Shown in pieces: positions 36,398 to 44,796 of a stretch of 64,000 nt of DNA. The position numbers were made by a program, and so were the translations under genes. The notes beneath the pieces were generated by a model, which worked only from the letters and a program-made list of their open reading frames with translations, was not told the DNA's origin and did not search any database. Position 1 is the stretch's first letter; each line of letters starts with the position of its first letter. This DNA comes from an uncultured Gammaproteobacteria bacterium. Its GTDB lineage: Bacteria; Pseudomonadota; Gammaproteobacteria; Xanthomonadales; SZUA-38. The stretch spans positions 2,319 to 66,318 of the forward strand of contig CAZVYE010000001.1 of the NCBI GenBank assembly GCA_964630895.1, in the 5' to 3' direction.

Positions 36398-37832
36398 ACT
36401 TACAACTGTCATACTTTCCGGCGGTTCCGGCACACGATTGTGGCCGGTCTCGCGTCGCGCCTATCCCAAGCCGTTTATGCGTATGAGCGATGGTCAAACA
36501 CTGGCCGAAAAGACTTTAAATCGCGCGTTAAGCCTGGGCGGCGATAACATTCTTACCGTTACGGGCAGAGACTATTACTTCATTACGCGTGATGAGTATT
36601 TGCGTGTCGATGAAAGGCACGCCAACCGCTACAAATATTTGCTTGAGCCCATGGGTCGTAACACTGCGCCAGCAATTGCGATGGCGGCTCTCTACATCAA
36701 ACATTTGTCTGGGCCAGACGAGAAAATGCTGGTTTTGCCTGCGGACCACGTAATACGCGACGAAGATTCATTCAGACAAGCCGTGACCAGCGCCTGTGCA
36801 TTGGCTGATGACCAATATTTAGTGACATTTGGGATCACCCCAACGCATGCGGAAACCGGCTACGGCTATATCCGCGCTGGCAATTCGCTGGACCATAATG
36901 GCCAAAGCATATCTGAGTTTGTAGAGAAGCCCGACTTGGCAACGGCCAAAGACTATATCGCCGACGGGGACTATTACTGGAACTCCGGGATGTTTTGCTT
37001 TACCGCTGGCCGCTTCCTGGATGCCTTGGCCAAACACGCCCCCGACGTGCTCACCTGTGCTGAAAACTGTTGGGCAACCATGCAGGCAGACGAAGAAGTA
37101 GACAAGGAAATTCAACCCCGGGAACTGCCTGCTGACATGTTTGCCCGCATGCCGGACATTTCGGTAGATTATGCCGTAATGGAACATGCGGAAAATGCGG
37201 CTGTCGTTCCTGGCGACTTTGGCTGGAGTGATGTGGGCTCCTGGAAGGCAATGAGCGAAATCAACGACGCGGATGCCTCCGGAAATCACGTGACCGGCAA
37301 AGCAGTCACCGTGGACACTGAGAACTGTTACTTACAGGGTGAGCAGCGGCTGATTGCAACAGTGGGCGTCCAGAACCTCGTCATAGTAGACACAGGCGAC
37401 GCAGTACTGGTTGCGGACCGAGAGCGAGCGCAAGATGTGAAAGCAGTGGTTGAGCAGCTTCGCGATGCCAATGATGAGAAAGCCACATTTCACCAGACTG
37501 TGCACCGTCCCTGGGGCAGCTATACCATTTTGGAAGACGCGGACGATTGCAAGGTCAAACGCTTAATCGTCAAACCTGGGCAAGTGCTTTCGCTGCAAAA
37601 GCACTTCCGCCGCAGCGAGCATTGGACCGTCGTGACTGGTACTGCCAAAGTTCGCGTGGGAGACCGAGAGTTCCTCCTGCACCGAAACGAATCTGCCTAT
37701 ATTCCCATGGGCGCATTACACCGATTGGAAAACACCACAGACACGGATATTGCTCTGATTGAAGTGCAGTGTGGTGACTATTTTGGCGAAGACGACATCG
37801 TCCGCCTGGAAGATGTTTACGGCCGCACTTAA
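36390..37832 (+). CDS. manC: Bifunctional mannose-1-phosphate guanylyltransferase / mannose-6-phosphate isomerase
   Basis: It has ILSGGSGTRLWPVSR, EPMGRNTAPAI, GYGYI and the C-terminal cupin motif RPWGSYTILEDADDCKVKRLIVKPGQVLSLQKHFRRSEHW. Confidence 0.92.
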   Translation: MDKLTTVILSGGSGTRLWPVSRRAYPKPFMRMSDGQTLAEKTLNRALSLGGDNILTVTGRDYYFITRDEYLRVDERHANRYKYLLEPMGRNTAPAIAMAALYIKHLSGPDEKMLVLPADHVIRDEDSFRQAVTSACALADDQYLVTFGITPTHAETGYGYIRAGNSLDHNGQSISEFVEKPDLATAKDYIADGDYYWNSGMFCFTAGRFLDALAKHAPDVLTCAENCWATMQADEEVDKEIQPRELPADMFARMPDISVDYAVMEHAENAAVVPGDFGWSDVGSWKAMSEINDADASGNHVTGKAVTVDTENCYLQGEQRLIATVGVQNLVIVDTGDAVLVADRERAQDVKAVVEQLRDANDEKATFHQTVHRPWGSYTILEDADDCKVKRLIVKPGQVLSLQKHFRRSEHWTVVTGTAKVRVGDREFLLHRNESAYIPMGALHRLENTTDTDIALIEVQCGDYFGEDDIVRLEDVYGRT

Positions 37833-38104
37833 GCGGCCTGACTACCTGCAGCCAGATTCACGGCAGGAAACAGTCACTACTTCAACGAGGCATGAAGCAT
37901 GGCGGCTCAGGGGCAGGAGCTGCCATCTTGTCGCCACCGTGCATCAATAGCTCAAACAGCCACTGAGCGCCTTTTTTCTGGCGTTTACTCTGATCCAACC
38001 ATATACACTCGTCATACACTAGCCAAGCCCATAAACGAGCCCTTATAATGCCCGGTTACCTCGCGCCACCTGTGCGGGCAATTTGGAATTGGAAACAACG
38101 AGCT

Positions 38105-39451
38105 ATGGCTGGAAAACTTTATATAAAAACCAACGGATGCCAGATGAACGAGTACGACTCGACCAAAATGGCCGACGTTCTGGCGCAGTCGCATGGTTTA
38201 GAGTTGACGGATTCCGAAGCTGATGCGGATGTCATTCTGATCAATACCTGTTCCATTCGGGAAAAAGCCCAGGAAAAGGTATTCTCCCAGTTGGGCAGGT
38301 GGAAAAAACTCAAGCAGCAGGATGGGCGTCAGGTGGTGATAGGCGTTGGCGGTTGTGTCGCCAGCCAGGAAGGCGACGCCATCATAAAGCGCGCACCCTT
38401 CGTCGACATGGTGTTTGGTCCACAGACCCTGCATCGTCTACCAAAGATGTTGGAAGATGTGCGCTCTGGATCAAAAGCTGCTGTGGATATTTCATTTCCG
38501 GAGATCGAAAAATTCGACGCCCTGCCGGAGCCTCGCAAAGAAGGGCCTACGGCATTTGTTTCCGTGATGGAAGGCTGCAGCAAGTATTGTACTTTCTGTG
38601 TCGTCCCCTATACACGCGGCGAAGAAATTTCCCGGCCATTTGATGATGTAATTGCCGAGGTGGCCAGCTTAGCCGACCAGGGCGTGCGAGAAATCAATCT
38701 GCTTGGACAGAATGTCAACGCCTACAGAGGTCCGATGCACGACGGTAGCCACGCAGATCTGGCCCTGTTAATCGAGTACGTTGCAGCTATCGACGGCGTT
38801 GACCGAATTCGCTTTACCACATCGCATCCGGTGGAGTTCTCTGATCGATTGATTGAGGCCTATGCGAATGTGCCTGAGCTGGCGGATTACTTGCATCTAC
38901 CGGTGCAAAGTGGATCAGATCGCATCCTGAGCCAGATGAAGCGCGGCCACACAGCGATTGAATACAAACAGAAACTGCGCAAACTCCGGGAAGTCAGACC
39001 AAATATATCTCTGTCGTCTGATTTCATTATCGGATTTCCCGGAGAAACAGAGCGCGACTTTAATGACACAATGAAGCTGATCGAGGACATTCGCTTTGAC
39101 CAGTCATTTAGCTTCATCTACAGCCGTCGACCAGGCACTCCTGCTTCTAACCTGCCAGATGATGTGCCACTGGCAGAGAAAAAGCGTCGCCTGCAGCATT
39201 TGCAAACAACCATAAACGGGTTTGCGGCAGAAATTTCACAGAATATGGTTGGCACTACGCAGCGCATTTTGGTTGAGGGCACCTCTCGCAAGGATGAGCA
39301 GGAGTTGGCCGGACGAACCGAGAACAATCGGGTCGTCAACTTCGCCGGAAATGCTCGCTTGATCGGCGAGTTTGTAGACGTAGAAATCACCGAGGCGATG
39401 CCAAATTCGCTGCGCGGCCGAATTATCACGCGCGAATCCAGCGCGGCATAA
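38105..39451 (+). CDS. miaB: tRNA (N6-isopentenyl-A37) methylthiotransferase
   Basis: It has [19 protein letters not shown] and the radical-SAM motif [19 protein letters not shown], plus a C-terminal TRAM domain. The start at 38105 gives 448 aa. Confidence 0.95.
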   Translation: MAGKLYIKTNGCQMNEYDSTKMADVLAQSHGLELTDSEADADVILINTCSIREKAQEKVFSQLGRWKKLKQQDGRQVVIGVGGCVASQEGDAIIKRAPFVDMVFGPQTLHRLPKMLEDVRSGSKAAVDISFPEIEKFDALPEPRKEGPTAFVSVMEGCSKYCTFCVVPYTRGEEISRPFDDVIAEVASLADQGVREINLLGQNVNAYRGPMHDGSHADLALLIEYVAAIDGVDRIRFTTSHPVEFSDRLIEAYANVPELADYLHLPVQSGSDRILSQMKRGHTAIEYKQKLRKLREVRPNISLSSDFIIGFPGETERDFNDTMKLIEDIRFDQSFSFIYSRRPGTPASNLPDDVPLAEKKRRLQHLQTTINGFAAEISQNMVGTTQRILVEGTSRKDEQELAGRTENNRVVNFAGNARLIGEFVDVEITEAMPNSLRGRIITRESSAA

Positions 39452-39460
39452 AGGACTATT

Positions 39461-40462
39461 TTGAGCGAACAAGCAAAACGGGTAGAAGAGTTTTCTCTGG
39501 AACCCGAAAACAACGAACGGCTGGCAAATTTGAGTGGCCAGTTTGACGAGCACCTGCGTCAGATAGAGCAAAGACTGGGCGTCAACGTGGTAGCGCGAGG
39601 CGGCGTCTTTCGCATAAGCGGAGACGACAAACCGGTCCGCTCTGCGCGTCGTGTAGTGGAAGCAATGTACGCGGCAACAGCCAAGGAAGTGCTGACACCA
39701 GCGGAAGTTAATTTACACCTGCAGCAATCCGGCGTGGATGCTTTAGAGGATGCTGAGCAAGACGTCGACTCGGTAATAATCAAGACCAAGCGCGGGTTTA
39801 TCAAGGGTCGCGGGCCTAATCAAATTAGCTATCTGCAGCGCATCGCAGACAACGATATCAACTTTGGCATCGGGCCGGCTGGAACCGGCAAGACCTATTT
39901 GGCAGTGGCCTCTGCGGTTGCCGCGCTGCACGCAGAGCGCGTACAAAGACTGGTGCTGGTTCGACCGGCGGTAGAGGCCGGCGAAAGGCTTGGCTTTCTA
40001 CCTGGCGATTTGGCGCAAAAGGTAGATCCTTATTTGCGACCGCTGTATGACGCGCTGTACGAAATGCTCGGCTTCGACCAAGTGATGCGCCTAATCGATC
40101 GCAACGTAATTGAAATCGCGCCATTGGCGTTTATGCGTGGTCGCACCTTGAATGACGCATTTGTCATTCTTGATGAAGGTCAGAACACGTCCATCGAGCA
40201 GATGAAGATGTTCCTTACCCGTATTGGATTCGGGTCCACAGCGGTAATCACCGGCGACATAACGCAGGTAGACTTACCGCGTAATCAGACATCTGGTTTA
40301 AAGAATGCCATTGAAGTACTTAAAGACGTAGACGGCATCAGTTTCAGTTTCTTTTCTGCTCATGACGTAGTACGCCATCGGCTGGTCCAACGCGTAATTC
40401 AAGCGTACGACGCACATAGCAGCAGCGAGCGCAACAACAGTAAAGAGCATGACCAAAGCTGA
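39461..40462 (+). CDS. ybeZ: PhoH-family ATPase (YbeZ)
   Basis: It has the Walker A motif GPAGTGKTYLAV, plus FLPGDL..KVDPYLRPLYDAL, ILDEGQNT and ITGDITQVDLP. The start codon is TTG. Confidence 0.92.
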   Translation: MSEQAKRVEEFSLEPENNERLANLSGQFDEHLRQIEQRLGVNVVARGGVFRISGDDKPVRSARRVVEAMYAATAKEVLTPAEVNLHLQQSGVDALEDAEQDVDSVIIKTKRGFIKGRGPNQISYLQRIADNDINFGIGPAGTGKTYLAVASAVAALHAERVQRLVLVRPAVEAGERLGFLPGDLAQKVDPYLRPLYDALYEMLGFDQVMRLIDRNVIEIAPLAFMRGRTLNDAFVILDEGQNTSIEQMKMFLTRIGFGSTAVITGDITQVDLPRNQTSGLKNAIEVLKDVDGISFSFFSAHDVVRHRLVQRVIQAYDAHSSSERNNSKEHDQS

Positions 40463-40946
40463 TCCGCAAGAACCGGCTGATATCACTGTTCATGTGGATC
40501 GGGCAACACAAACTGAAACGCCAGATGATGCCCAGTTTCAACAATGGGTGGAAGCGGCTGTACGTGCGTTCCGGGCCTCAGCTCATGTGGACATTCGTAT
40601 CGTTGACAGGGATGAGTCGCAGAGCTTAAACGCGACGTATCGGGATAAAGACTATCCCACCAACGTGCTTTCTTTTCCCGCAGAATTAGCGCCGGAAGTA
40701 GAGCTACCTTTGCTGGGAGATTTGGCTTTGTGTGCCCCCGTGGTGACCTCAGAAGCGATAGCCCAGGAAAAGCAGGTAATGGACCATTGGGCGCATCTAA
40801 CGGTGCATGGCACGCTCCATCTTTTGGGCATGGATCATCAGCAGGATGAAGAAGCCAATGTGATGGAGGCTTTGGAAATCAAAATCCTATCTGGCCTGGG
40901 TATTGCAAACCCCTACTCAGACATCAGCGCACAAGGCGATATTTAG
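40449..40946 (+). CDS. ybeY: rRNA maturation endoribonuclease YbeY
   Basis: It has the zinc motif HLTVHGTLHLLGMDH, and its position after ybeZ is the conserved one. Confidence 0.93.
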   Translation: MTKADPQEPADITVHVDRATQTETPDDAQFQQWVEAAVRAFRASAHVDIRIVDRDESQSLNATYRDKDYPTNVLSFPAELAPEVELPLLGDLALCAPVVTSEAIAQEKQVMDHWAHLTVHGTLHLLGMDHQQDEEANVMEALEIKILSGLGIANPYSDISAQGDI

Positions 40947-41030
40947 GCATGGGCCACAAAATCCGTTACAATTCGCCACCAGTCTGTCGCCCGTGAATAA
41001 CGGCAAAGACAACATTCTAATTTACCATCT

Positions 41031-41879
41031 ATGAACGACGACAATGCGAGTACCAGCGGTTCCGACCGCTCGTGGATTGGTCGCCTGACTCAGGCACTGT
41101 CCAGTAACGAGTTGCGGAACCGGGAAGAACTTCTGGAAACCTTACAAGCGGCCCTGCAAAACGATTTGTTGGACGCAGATACCTTCGGCATGATTGAGGG
41201 CGCTTTAGAAGTGTCCGAAATGCAGGTTCGGGACGCGATGATTCCCCGCGGCCAGATGGTCGTACTTGACCACGACGCACCGCTGGACGACATCCTTCCG
41301 ACTATCGTAGAAACGGGTCATTCCCGCTTTCCTGTAGTAAAAGATGATCGCGATGAGGTCGTCGGCATTCTCTTGGCAAAAGATTTGCTGCGCTTCTTCT
41401 TAGACGAAGAAAGAGAGCGTTTTCAGCTTACCGAAGTGATCAGACCTCCGGTCTTTATTCCGGAGAGCAAGCGCTTGAATGTATTGCTCAAAGACTTTCG
41501 ATCCAGTCGCAACCATATGGCGATAGTTGTCGATGAATTTGGTGGGGTAGCTGGTCTAATCACCATCGAAGACGTTTTGGAGGAAATTGTTGGGGAAATC
41601 GACGATGAGCACGATTTGCGCACCGCCGCCCATATTGTCAAGCACGACGGCAATCGGTTTACGGTAAACGCGCTTACGCCTATTGATGAGTTTAATCGCT
41701 ACTTTGACTCTACGTTTGACGATGAAGCCTTCGATACGATTGGCGGTCTGGTGACTGGTGAACTCGGCCGAGTTCCCGAACTGGGAGAGCGTCTGGAGTT
41801 GGAAAACTTTGCCATTGAGATTCTTCGCTCCGACACCCGTCGATTACAGCTCTTAGGCATTTCCAGATTGGATAAATAA
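41031..41879 (+). CDS. corC: CorC/HlyC-family magnesium/cobalt efflux-associated protein (CBS pair + CorC_HlyC)
   Basis: It has GALEVSEMQVRDAMIPRGQMV, the HSRFPV CBS pair, NHMAIVVDEFGGVAGLITIEDVLEEIVGEIDDEHD and a C-terminal transporter-associated domain. Confidence 0.92.
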   Translation: MNDDNASTSGSDRSWIGRLTQALSSNELRNREELLETLQAALQNDLLDADTFGMIEGALEVSEMQVRDAMIPRGQMVVLDHDAPLDDILPTIVETGHSRFPVVKDDRDEVVGILLAKDLLRFFLDEERERFQLTEVIRPPVFIPESKRLNVLLKDFRSSRNHMAIVVDEFGGVAGLITIEDVLEEIVGEIDDEHDLRTAAHIVKHDGNRFTVNALTPIDEFNRYFDSTFDDEAFDTIGGLVTGELGRVPELGERLELENFAIEILRSDTRRLQLLGISRLDK

Positions 41880-41883
41880 CTGC

Positions 41884-43044
41884 ATGCGCCACCAGCTGGT
41901 TATCGTTCTTTGGGCGCTTTTTCTGTTCGGGCATAGCACTTGGGCCCGCGCTGAGCTTCGCGCTGAGCTACTTACTATTGGCCCTGGGCCTGCATATTTC
42001 GAGCGCTTTGGCCATAATGCCATCGTGATTCGCAACACCGATACCGGTCAGGCCTTTTCCTATAACTTTGGCATTTTTGATTTTGAGCAGGAAAATTTCT
42101 TCGTCAATTTTCTTCGCGGCCATATGCTGTACAAACTTGCGGTATTCGATGCCGATAGAGAACTGGCGTTCTACCGATCCCAAGGCCGGGATATCACCCG
42201 GCAAAAGCTCAACCTGACAAACGATCAGGTACGTGCGCTTTTCAATGATCTGGCAAATCGCGCCAAACCAGAAAACGCTGAGTATCGCTACGACTACTTT
42301 CTGTCCAACTGCTCTACCCAGGTACGCGACGCGCTTGACCGAGCTACCGGCGGTCAGATTGCCCAGCAGTCTGAATTACCTGCGAGGCTTTCATTAAGAG
42401 ACCACACCCGTAGATTGACCGCACCGGTCCCATGGATGCATTACGGGATTCAGTTTGGCCTGGGACCAAAAGTCGATCAACCCACATCAAGATGGGATGA
42501 CTTCTTCGTTCCCATGGAATTACAACGAGCCGCTGAAACGATGATCTTGCGACGAGAGACGGGCGAAACTGTGCCGTTCGTGGCAGCCCAGGAGCAGCTG
42601 TTTACCGGCTCCAAATACCAAGAACAGATGCTGCCAGAGCCCAACTACTGGCTAGGATGGTTGATTGGTCTGCTGGTATTTGGCGCACTGTGGCTGCTCC
42701 CCCCGCGCCCAGCTAACTGGCTTGCTAACGGCATCCTGGTAGTTTGGGCAGTCGCCGGAACTTTTATGTTGGGTCTGTGGCTGTTTACCGAACACTGGCC
42801 TGCTGCGCGGAACGCCCACTTGCTGTTGGCATCCCCCCTGCTCTTAGCATTCTTCTCTACTAACCGGCTACTAAAGACAACTATTTTTGCGGCAATGTTA
42901 GCTGCCAGCATTTGGTTAGCCTTACCTTGGAACGAACAATCTGCGCCGGTTATTGCACCAATTTTGGGGACCACTATACTTAGCGCCGCTTGGAGGAAGA
43001 TTCGTGTGTCAACTTCTGACACTGTTGTCACGACATCGTCTTAA
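41884..43044 (+). CDS. DUF4105 (Lnb N-terminal periplasmic domain)-like membrane protein
   Basis: After the signal peptide comes LLTIGPGPAYFERFGHNAIVIRN...SYNFGIFDF...FLRGHMLYKLAVFD, which I recognise as the DUF4105 pattern. The C-terminal third has about 4-5 hydrophobic helices (WLGWLIGLLVFGALWLL, ILVVWAVAGTFMLGLWLF, ...). Confidence 0.6.
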   Translation: MRHQLVIVLWALFLFGHSTWARAELRAELLTIGPGPAYFERFGHNAIVIRNTDTGQAFSYNFGIFDFEQENFFVNFLRGHMLYKLAVFDADRELAFYRSQGRDITRQKLNLTNDQVRALFNDLANRAKPENAEYRYDYFLSNCSTQVRDALDRATGGQIAQQSELPARLSLRDHTRRLTAPVPWMHYGIQFGLGPKVDQPTSRWDDFFVPMELQRAAETMILRRETGETVPFVAAQEQLFTGSKYQEQMLPEPNYWLGWLIGLLVFGALWLLPPRPANWLANGILVVWAVAGTFMLGLWLFTEHWPAARNAHLLLASPLLLAFFSTNRLLKTTIFAAMLAASIWLALPWNEQSAPVIAPILGTTILSAAWRKIRVSTSDTVVTTSS

Positions 43045-43079
43045 TCACACTATACGCTTCGTCTCTTAAGGAGAGTCTT

Positions 43080-43823
43080 TTGAAGTCGTCCAGTCCATCC
43101 CGTGAACACACGCTAAAGAATAAAACGATATGGCATACGTTGAGGAACAGTTCTGTTTTTCAAATGGCCCTGTTTTTCACGCTTATTATGGCGACCCGAT
43201 CCAGTTTTGCAGATTGGAATCCCGTACCCACAGGCTCCATGAAGCCGACAATTCTGGAAGGCGATCTGATCTTTGTAAATCGCGCCGCTTATGATCTGAA
43301 GCTACCGTTTACGACCAAACATATTGCACGCTGGAGCGATCCGGAAAATGGCGATGTAGTAGTCGCATATTCGCCAGAGGACGGGCAACGCATCGTCAAG
43401 CGAGTCGTGGCGGGACCAGGAGATATGCTTTACGTAGACGGAAACCGGCTGGTAGTAAACGGAGCCAGACCAGACTATCAAGAGTATTCTCTCCCCGAGT
43501 TGGTCAATGAGCCACAGCACTGGCTATTTGAAGAGCACTGGGGCAGCCGAACGAATTTAATCATGCTGGGCACCCAGCCACGCAGCATTGCACCTAGAAT
43601 CTCCATGAAAGTCCCGGACAATCAATTTTTCCTGATGGGGGACCATCGCGATAATAGCTTTGATTCCCGCTTTTATGGCACCGTAGAACGCCAGCAAATT
43701 TTAGGCGAAGCCGTCGGCGTGATCGGATCTTTGGATATTAAGCAAAACTGGCAGCCGCGGTGGCGCCGCTTTTTCTCAGATTTAGAGTTTGAATCGGCCC
43801 GGTCAGGAGCACAGGATGGCTGA
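43080..43823 (+). CDS. lepB: Signal peptidase I (S26 family), short form
   Basis: The catalytic Ser box is PTGSMKPTILEGDLIFV, the Lys box is IVKRVVAGPGD and box E is GDHRDNSFDSRFYG. The start is a TTG 6 nt after AGGAG. This may be a second lepB paralog. Confidence 0.8.
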   Translation: MKSSSPSREHTLKNKTIWHTLRNSSVFQMALFFTLIMATRSSFADWNPVPTGSMKPTILEGDLIFVNRAAYDLKLPFTTKHIARWSDPENGDVVVAYSPEDGQRIVKRVVAGPGDMLYVDGNRLVVNGARPDYQEYSLPELVNEPQHWLFEEHWGSRTNLIMLGTQPRSIAPRISMKVPDNQFFLMGDHRDNSFDSRFYGTVERQQILGEAVGVIGSLDIKQNWQPRWRRFFSDLEFESARSGAQDG

Positions 43824-44769
43824 TCACATAAAGGTTGGGCTGGCACAGTGCTCGCCAGTGTATCTGGATCGGGAAAAGACCATCGCAAAAGCAACCAGAT
43901 GGATTGAGTCAGCGGGAGACAAGTCTTGCAATCTGGTAGTCTTCGGTGAAGCGTTCCTCCCTGCTTATCCATTTTGGCTCAGCGAAACCGGAGGAAGTCA
44001 GTTCGAGAACGCCGCGCAAAAACAGATGCATGGCCTGTACGCGGAGCAGTCCGTCAGCATTGCAGCAGGCCACCTGAAAGAGATACAAGCTGCCTGCGCT
44101 GATCATGAAATCGCTTGTTACCTGGGGTTTGTTGAGCGTGCCGACAATCGAGGCGGTCACTCACTATATTGTTCACTAACTTATATCGATCCCAAGGGAA
44201 ACATTCAATCCGTACACCGTAAACTGATGCCGACCTACGAAGAAAGGCTATGCTGGTCGATTGGCGACGGCCACGGGCTCAGAGTGCATCCGCTGGCAGG
44301 ATTTAATGTTGGCGGGTTGAACTGCTGGGAGAACTGGATGCCCATGGCAAGATCTGCATTGTATGGTCTGGGCGAGAATCTGCACGTGGCAGTCTGGCCT
44401 GGCAGTGAGCGTAATACTCGTGATATTACGCAATTTATGGCTAAAGAATCCCGTAGCTTTGTTGTATCCGTTTCCAATGTCATGAAGCGCGCTGACTTGC
44501 CCGCTATCGACCTCTTAGACGGCATGCGAGACACTGGCGACGAGTGGCTGAGTGACGGCGGTTCCTGCGTGGCAGCCCCCGACGGTAGTTGGATCATTGA
44601 GCCAACAATGCACTGCGAGGAGCTGTTTACCGCTGATCTAGATCTTGCTCAAGTGCGACGAGAACGACAAAATTTTGATCCCGCAGGACACTATGCGCGC
44701 GCCGATGTGATGCAGCTTCATGTTGATCGAACACGTCAAGCCACTGTGCGATACTCCGAAATTGACTAA
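43816..44769 (+). CDS. Nitrilase-family carbon-nitrogen hydrolase
   Basis: It has VVFGEAFLP (Glu), HRKLMPT (Lys) and GGLNCWENWMP (nucleophile Cys in the nitrilase-branch CWE motif). I prefer the start at 43816 (MADHIKVGLAQ). Confidence 0.85.
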   Translation: MADHIKVGLAQCSPVYLDREKTIAKATRWIESAGDKSCNLVVFGEAFLPAYPFWLSETGGSQFENAAQKQMHGLYAEQSVSIAAGHLKEIQAACADHEIACYLGFVERADNRGGHSLYCSLTYIDPKGNIQSVHRKLMPTYEERLCWSIGDGHGLRVHPLAGFNVGGLNCWENWMPMARSALYGLGENLHVAVWPGSERNTRDITQFMAKESRSFVVSVSNVMKRADLPAIDLLDGMRDTGDEWLSDGGSCVAAPDGSWIIEPTMHCEELFTADLDLAQVRRERQNFDPAGHYARADVMQLHVDRTRQATVRYSEID

Positions 44770-44796
44770 CCGAGCATATTCTCGTGAGAACTCACC

